From positions 1 through 19,523 of the forward strand of contig JAVKJW010000038.1 of NCBI GenBank assembly GCA_031458695.1: a DNA stretch of 19,523 bases, in the 5' to 3' direction. The translations under genes were made by a program, and so were the position numbers. Below the pieces are notes generated by a model. The model did no database searches and was not told where the DNA came from. It saw nothing but the letters and a program-made list of their open reading frames with translations. Origin of the DNA: Candidatus Thermofontivivens primus (lineage in GTDB: Bacteria; Sysuimicrobiota; Sysuimicrobiia; Sysuimicrobiales; Thermofontiviventaceae). Positions 14,663 through 19,523 of this stretch are shown one piece after another. Positions within the stretch are counted from its first letter, which is position 1. Every line of letters starts with the position of its first letter.

Positions 14663-16032
14663 CCAGCCCTGGAACGGTACCTTTCCCCAAACCGTTCCAG
14701 GATGAGGGCAATGTGCATGATGCCCTCGAAGAAATCCCGAAGACGGAGGTTCTCATTTGGCGCATGAATGTTGGCACCTGCGTATCCCACACCCACCCCC
14801 ACGGCGGGGGTCCCGAACTGGGTACATAGCACATGCATGGGACCAGTGGCTGCCATCAGGGGTAGGATGAAGGGTTCCTTCTGGTAGACCTCCCGAGCTG
14901 TCTCTACGGCGACCTGCACGATCTCCGCATCGAAGGGCGTTTTCGCTGGGTTCTCGATCCCAAGCGGACGGACCTTGATATCCTCAAAGCCATAGCGAGC
15001 GAGGTGCGCTTTGATTAACCCTAGGACCTCCTCTGCATCCTGATTGGGAACGAGGCGGAAGTCCACTTTTGCCATGGCCCACCTGGGGAGCACAGTTTTG
15101 GACCCCTGTCCGGTATAGCCGCTGACCAGCCCGCAGATCGTGCATGTAGGCTCGTAGAGATGGCGGACGAGCAGGTCAAGGCCGTGTTGGTCCAACAAGA
15201 ACGCGTCGATCCCCAGATCACGGCGGAGCATCTCCTCGTCCCGGCTTTCAGCGATCCGGCGGAGCTGGTTGAGCTCTTCCGGTGCGGGAGCGACCACACG
15301 GTCGTAGAATCCTTCGATACGGATACGCTCCCCTGGATCCTTGAATGTGGAGAGGGCCCAGACAAGGCGCCATGCGGGATTTGGAACGATCGTCGCCATG
15401 GAGGAATGGAGATCCCGGTTGGCGCCTTCGGCCTCAAGCTCAATGTAGCAGATCCCCTTTACCCCGAGGTAGATGTTCAGGGTATCGGTATGGTCCTTGG
15501 ATCCTGATTCCCAGATGCACGCATCTGCTTGAACGAGATCCCGGTGCTCCCTCACAATCCAAGGAAGATGCGGGCTCCCAATCTCCTCTTCTCCTTCCAC
15601 GAGGAACTTCACAGTACAGGGAAGCTCTCCCTCAGTACGGAGCCACGCCTCCACCGCGGCCATGCGGGCGACAATGTTTCCCTTGGTATCCACGGCGCCT
15701 CGCGCATAGAGGTTGCCAGAACGAATCTCTGCAGAAAAGGGGTCGCTCTCCCATTCCTCCAGGGGTTCAGGGGGTTGTACGTCGTAATGATTGTAAAAGA
15801 GGAGAGTCCGACTGCTCCGGCCGCGAACTTCACTGTACACTAGAGGCGGCCCGCCGGGGATGGGGATCAGACGAGCAGGAATGCCACACTCCTCCATTTG
15901 GGAGACAAGGAGGTGTGCTGTCTCCACGAGCCCGACACCCTGAGCGGAGATACTAGGTTGACGGCAGAGACGCTGGAGCTTGTGGACAAATCGATCCCGG
16001 TGATCGGTGATATAGGCCAGGACGTGTTTCAT
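14659..16032 (-). CDS. M20 family metallopeptidase (ArgE/DapE-like dipeptidase)
   Basis: YNHYDVQP, YARGAVDTKG, EGEEEIGS, DLHS and HAPNEN. ATG 16032 follows AAGGAGG, preferred over 16128. Confidence 0.92.
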   Translation of the reverse strand: MKHVLAYITDHRDRFVHKLQRLCRQPSISAQGVGLVETAHLLVSQMEECGIPARLIPIPGGPPLVYSEVRGRSSRTLLFYNHYDVQPPEPLEEWESDPFSAEIRSGNLYARGAVDTKGNIVARMAAVEAWLRTEGELPCTVKFLVEGEEEIGSPHLPWIVREHRDLVQADACIWESGSKDHTDTLNIYLGVKGICYIELEAEGANRDLHSSMATIVPNPAWRLVWALSTFKDPGERIRIEGFYDRVVAPAPEELNQLRRIAESRDEEMLRRDLGIDAFLLDQHGLDLLVRHLYEPTCTICGLVSGYTGQGSKTVLPRWAMAKVDFRLVPNQDAEEVLGLIKAHLARYGFEDIKVRPLGIENPAKTPFDAEIVQVAVETAREVYQKEPFILPLMAATGPMHVLCTQFGTPAVGVGVGYAGANIHAPNENLRLRDFFEGIMHIALILERFGERYRSRAG

Positions 16033-16099
16033 GGAGACCTCCTTGGAAGGAGAATTTGCCAGCCAAAGTGAGGTTCCTCTATTCTTTGGAGGGAGGCCC

Positions 16100-16894
16100 A
16101 TGGAGTGGCGGCGGATCAAAGGTGTCATCCTGGATATGGACGGTGTCCTCTATAGGGGGAGCACTCCTCTCCCTGGGGCAAAGGACCTCATTGAGTTTTT
16201 CCAAAAAGTAGGGATGAAATACGTCCTGGCCACGAACAACTCCGCTCGCACACCTCGTCAGTACCAGCATCACCTCCGGACGATGGGGATCGAGGTTCCT
16301 GAAGAGCATATCCTCACTTCTGGGAGGGTTGCCGCATGGTACCTGAAGCGGCTCGCACCCCAGGGAGGGACAGTCTTTGTAATTGGGGAAGAAGGGTTGC
16401 TCCAGGAGATCGCCGCCGCGGGATTTACCCTAACCACAGAAGACCCCCAGTTCGTTGTTTGCGGCATTGACCGTGGGTTAACCTACGAGAAACTTGCGAT
16501 CGCTTGCCGGGCCATCGCCCGCGGGGCAAAGTTCATCGGGACCAACGCGGATCCCATCCTACCCACGGAGGATGGATTCATCCCAGGAAGTGGAGCGATC
16601 CTCGCTGCGATCACAAGAGCCACCGGCGTGGAACCTCTCGTCCTCGGGAAACCCGAGGCGCCTCTGGTGGAGATGGCATTGGAACGTCTGGGTACGGCCC
16701 CGGAGGCCACTGCGATCATCGGGGACCAGCTGGGAACAGACATCCTCGGAGGGAAACGCCTAGGCCTAGTCACCATCCTAGTCCTTTCTGGCGTCTCCCG
16801 TCCTGAACAGATCGTAGAGCTAGGAATTACCCCTGAACTCGTGGTCACTGGCCTGCCGGAGCTTTTAGAGCTCTGGAAGCGCGGGATCTCCTGA
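16100..16894 (+). CDS. HAD-IIA family phosphatase (NagD-like)
   Basis: DMDGVLY, TNNS, GTNAD, LGKP, IGDQLGTDI and VLSGVS. ATG 16100 follows GGAGG. Confidence 0.92.
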   Translation: MEWRRIKGVILDMDGVLYRGSTPLPGAKDLIEFFQKVGMKYVLATNNSARTPRQYQHHLRTMGIEVPEEHILTSGRVAAWYLKRLAPQGGTVFVIGEEGLLQEIAAAGFTLTTEDPQFVVCGIDRGLTYEKLAIACRAIARGAKFIGTNADPILPTEDGFIPGSGAILAAITRATGVEPLVLGKPEAPLVEMALERLGTAPEATAIIGDQLGTDILGGKRLGLVTILVLSGVSRPEQIVELGITPELVVTGLPELLELWKRGIS

Positions 16895-17006
16895 GGAGTC
16901 CAGCGAAAGCCTCCGGCAAGATGTTGCCTAGAGACCCGAGGGCGAGGCTAAATTCATTCACCGGGCACCCCCACTGATCGGCTGAATGGCTTTGGAGTCC
17001 TGCGCG

Positions 17007-17036
17007 TTGACGCGATTTCGGCGCCTGTGCTAAGAT
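17007..17036 (+). promoter_or_regulatory. Putative sigma70 promoter of proS
   Basis: TTGACG-N18-TAAGAT with extended TGc. Its position implies the proS start is at 17056/17062, not 17035. Confidence 0.6.
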
Positions 17037-17061
17037 GTACTCACCTACGAGGGAGATGGAG

Positions 17062-18501
17062 ATGGCAGTAGAGAAGCAGGAGTACGTCAAGGCAATCCCT
17101 CCCAAAGAGAACCTCTCTGAATGGTACACCGCTGTCGTCCTAAAGGCGGAGCTGGCCGATTACGCCCCTGTGCGGGGATGTATGGTCATCCGGCCATATG
17201 GGTATGCGATCTGGGAGTTGATGCAGCAGGAGCTAGACAGGCGGTTCAAGGAGACGGGCCATAAGAACGCCTACTTTCCCCTGTTCATCCCAGAAAGCCT
17301 CCTCCAGAAGGAAGCTGAACACGTGGCAGGGTTCGCTCCCCAAGTCGCTTGGGTCACCCAGGGTGGGCAGGAAACCCTGACGGAGCGCCTTGCAGTCCGT
17401 CCAACCTCTGAGGCGATCATCTGCACCATGTACGCGAAGTGGATCCAGTCGTACCGGGATCTCCCCGTGTTGCTCCTCCAGTGGAACAACGTCGTCCGGT
17501 GGGAACGGTCCACGCGGCTTTTCCTACGCACCATGGAGTTCCTCTGGCATGAGGGGCACACCGTGCACAGGACCGCGGAGGAGGCCGACCAAGAGGCACG
17601 TCTCATCCTGCGCATCTATCAGGAGTTCATCGAAGGCTGGCTGGCGATCCCTGTCCTGGTGGGGAAGAAGACCGACAGTGAGAAGTTCGCTGGTGCCGAT
17701 TATACCTACACCCTGGAAGTCCTCATGCCAGATGGGCAGGCCCTCCAGGCAGGGACCTCGCACTTCCTGGGCCAGAACTTCAGCAAGGCGTTTGGGATCA
17801 AGTTCCTGGACAGGGACAACCAGGAGAAGTACCCCTGGCAGACCTCCTGGGCTGTGACAACCCGACTCATCGGTGCCCTCATTATGATCCACGGGGATGA
17901 CCGGGGGTTGGTCTTGCCTCCTAAGGTTGCACCCTACCAAGTTGTCATCGTCCCCATCTTTTATGAAGATCAGCAAAATGTCCTCGAAAAAGCACGCGAG
18001 CTGGCGCAACGCCTCGCCGGGCGTTTCCGGGTTCACCTCGATGATCGCCCAGAGTATACACCGGGTTGGAAGTTTAACGACTGGGAGATGCGCGGCGTGC
18101 CCGTTCGCCTGGAAGTGGGCCCCCGGGATGTAGCCAAGGGGCAAGTCGTCCTTGTTCCTCGCGTGGGGAATGGGAAAGTGAGCGTTCCCGAGGCAGAGGT
18201 AGAAGTGCAGGTGGGACGCATGCTGGACGAGGTACAGGCGCAGCTGTTCAAGCGGGCGAAGGCCTTCCTGGACAGCCGCATCTTCCCGGCGAGTACAGTG
18301 GAGGAAGTGGAAGAGATCATGACGGTGAAGAAAGGGTTTGCCAAGGTCCTCTGGTGCGGGAAGCTGGTGTGTGAAGAGACCCTCCGAGATCGCACAGGAG
18401 CGTCCCCCCGCGTGATCCCCCTCGATGAATCTGAAACCGGCTCCTGTGTAGTCTGCGGCCAGCCTGCAGGGATCCTCGTTTACTACGCCCGCGCGTACTG
18501 A
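17062..18501 (+). CDS. proS: Proline--tRNA ligase, archaeal/eukaryote-like type
   Basis: RPTSE, NVVRWE, FLRTMEFLWHEGHT, QAGTSHFLGQNF, HGDDRGL.LPP, C-terminal Zn cysteines and terminal ARAY; no INS editing domain. Confidence 0.96.
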   Translation: MAVEKQEYVKAIPPKENLSEWYTAVVLKAELADYAPVRGCMVIRPYGYAIWELMQQELDRRFKETGHKNAYFPLFIPESLLQKEAEHVAGFAPQVAWVTQGGQETLTERLAVRPTSEAIICTMYAKWIQSYRDLPVLLLQWNNVVRWERSTRLFLRTMEFLWHEGHTVHRTAEEADQEARLILRIYQEFIEGWLAIPVLVGKKTDSEKFAGADYTYTLEVLMPDGQALQAGTSHFLGQNFSKAFGIKFLDRDNQEKYPWQTSWAVTTRLIGALIMIHGDDRGLVLPPKVAPYQVVIVPIFYEDQQNVLEKARELAQRLAGRFRVHLDDRPEYTPGWKFNDWEMRGVPVRLEVGPRDVAKGQVVLVPRVGNGKVSVPEAEVEVQVGRMLDEVQAQLFKRAKAFLDSRIFPASTVEEVEEIMTVKKGFAKVLWCGKLVCEETLRDRTGASPRVIPLDESETGSCVVCGQPAGILVYYARAY

Positions 18502-18597
18502 ATTCCGTTCGTCGAGTCTCTCGCGTTGATCGCATCCATTGCGTGAATGAAGTTAACCCAGGAACGCAATGAACGCGAGGAACGCAAAGGACGCTAG
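18502..18597. repeat. Inverted pair of degenerate 9-bp tandem arrays between convergent genes; possible bidirectional terminator
   Basis: Right arm GAACGCAAT GAACGCGAG GAACGCAAA GGACGCTAG (18562-18597). Left arm ATTCCGTTC GTCGAGTCT CTCGCGTTG ATCGCATCC ATTGCGTGA (18502-18546) approximates its reverse complement. Confidence 0.6.
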
Positions 18598-19523
18598 AAG
18601 AGAGTCATCTGAGCAGGTTGAGCCGGGTGCGCCCCTCCTTCTTCCTCCTCTTTCTCCCCGAACAGGTGGATCTCCCCGTAGACACCGTCATAGCCTGGGA
18701 GGATCCTTACCTTCCCCTCGCGCATCCTCCGGATCCCCTCCACGATGCGCGGGGATGTGACCCGGGCGATCTCCTCCAGAGGAACATCCATGAGGACAGG
18801 GAATTCACCCCCGAAGGCTCGACAGAGTTTGAGGTACTCCTCGCGGACTCCTGCAGTGCCCGGTTGCGCCCCTACGGCCTCGGCAATGATCTCCTCCAGC
18901 GGGATGAGGTTCCGATATGGGATGGCCTTCTCCGGAACGAACCCTTCTTCCCGGTCTGCAAGTTGCTCCACGCGATGCATCACACCTACGGTGAGAGGGC
19001 GTTGGCAGACTGGACACAGGCCGTTCAGGGCCTTCGTCTCCTTGGGAGAGAGTCGCTGCTGGCAGTTGCGGTGGCCGTCGTAATGGTACTTCCCCTCTTC
19101 TGGGAAGAACTCTACGGTAAACAGGAAGCGGGATCGGTCTTTCTCCTTGAGAATGCGGGCAAGCTCGAAGTAATCGAGTTCCGCATCGAACACGTTGGCC
19201 TCGCGCCCAAGTTTAGCCGGGGAGTGGGCGTCAGAGTTGCTCACCAGGACGACCCGATCTAGCTGAGAAAGCCGCCAGTTCATGGGAGGGTCGCTGGAGA
19301 GACCTGTCTCGATAGCGTAGATGTGTTTGGTCTGGTCCCGGAAGCACTCCTCCAAAGAGTCGAACCCGGAGTTGCTCCCGAACAGCGAGAACCAGGGAGT
19401 CCAGGCATGCGCAGGGATAATCAGGATATCCGGGGAGAGCTCCACGAGGTACTCCACCATCTTATCCGAGGGGAGGGTCAAAGTGGGGCGCCCATCTGCC
19501 ATAAGGCTTCCGAATCGCCCGAG
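18594..19523 (-). CDS. Endonuclease Q family / PHP-domain protein (5' end outside window)
   Basis: DGRPTL, PAHAWTPWFS, ETGLSSDP.MNW, SNSDAHS, GREAN, GKYHYDGHRNC, CPVC and PGYDGVYG. The frame is open to the window edge. Confidence 0.9.
   Translation of the reverse strand, partial: LGRFGSLMADGRPTLTLPSDKMVEYLVELSPDILIIPAHAWTPWFSLFGSNSGFDSLEECFRDQTKHIYAIETGLSSDPPMNWRLSQLDRVVLVSNSDAHSPAKLGREANVFDAELDYFELARILKEKDRSRFLFTVEFFPEEGKYHYDGHRNCQQRLSPKETKALNGLCPVCQRPLTVGVMHRVEQLADREEGFVPEKAIPYRNLIPLEEIIAEAVGAQPGTAGVREEYLKLCRAFGGEFPVLMDVPLEEIARVTSPRIVEGIRRMREGKVRILPGYDGVYGEIHLFGEKEEEEGGAHPAQPAQMTLF

Noticed and set aside
1..19523. CRISPR arrays, transposases, rRNA, and the many antisense or alternate-frame ORFs (e.g. 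4649..5776, 17524..18144, 18618..19262)
   Set aside because: No repeat-spacer pattern, transposase or rRNA signature was seen; the shadow ORFs are expected in GC-rich DNA opposite well-supported genes.

Overview
GC-rich bacterial chromosomal window, probably a flagellated thermophile (inferred; lineage not established). It is mostly housekeeping: TauE-family 3' end, SIS-domain GlcN6P deaminase-like gene, M28 aminopeptidase, nadE, sdhCDAB, tRNA-Ser(CGA), a lone fliG, a PQQ sugar dehydrogenase, tRNA-Arg(GCG), tRNA-Ser(GCT), an M20 peptidase, a NagD-like HAD phosphatase, archaeal/eukaryote-type proS and a truncated endonuclease Q-like gene. The highlight is a minus-strand 5-gene cluster (12835->10145): ECF sigma, zinc anti-sigma, ArsM-like SAM methyltransferase, cupin and PNPOx-like flavoprotein. 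The methyltransferase is very likely a selenoprotein. An in-frame TGA replaces the conserved WxGC cysteine, a SECIS-like hairpin follows 12 nt later, and the frame continues 72 aa to an ArsM-like C-terminus, while the other ArsM arsenic-binding cysteines are lost. Other oddities are a structured tRNA-like element downstream of tRNA-Arg(GCG) with antisense matches to that tRNA, a sigma54-promoter orphan gene, a sigma28-like promoter and a mid-gene codon-usage shift in fliG, a probable rhomboid pseudoprotease, and a 44-aa zinc-ribbon microprotein.
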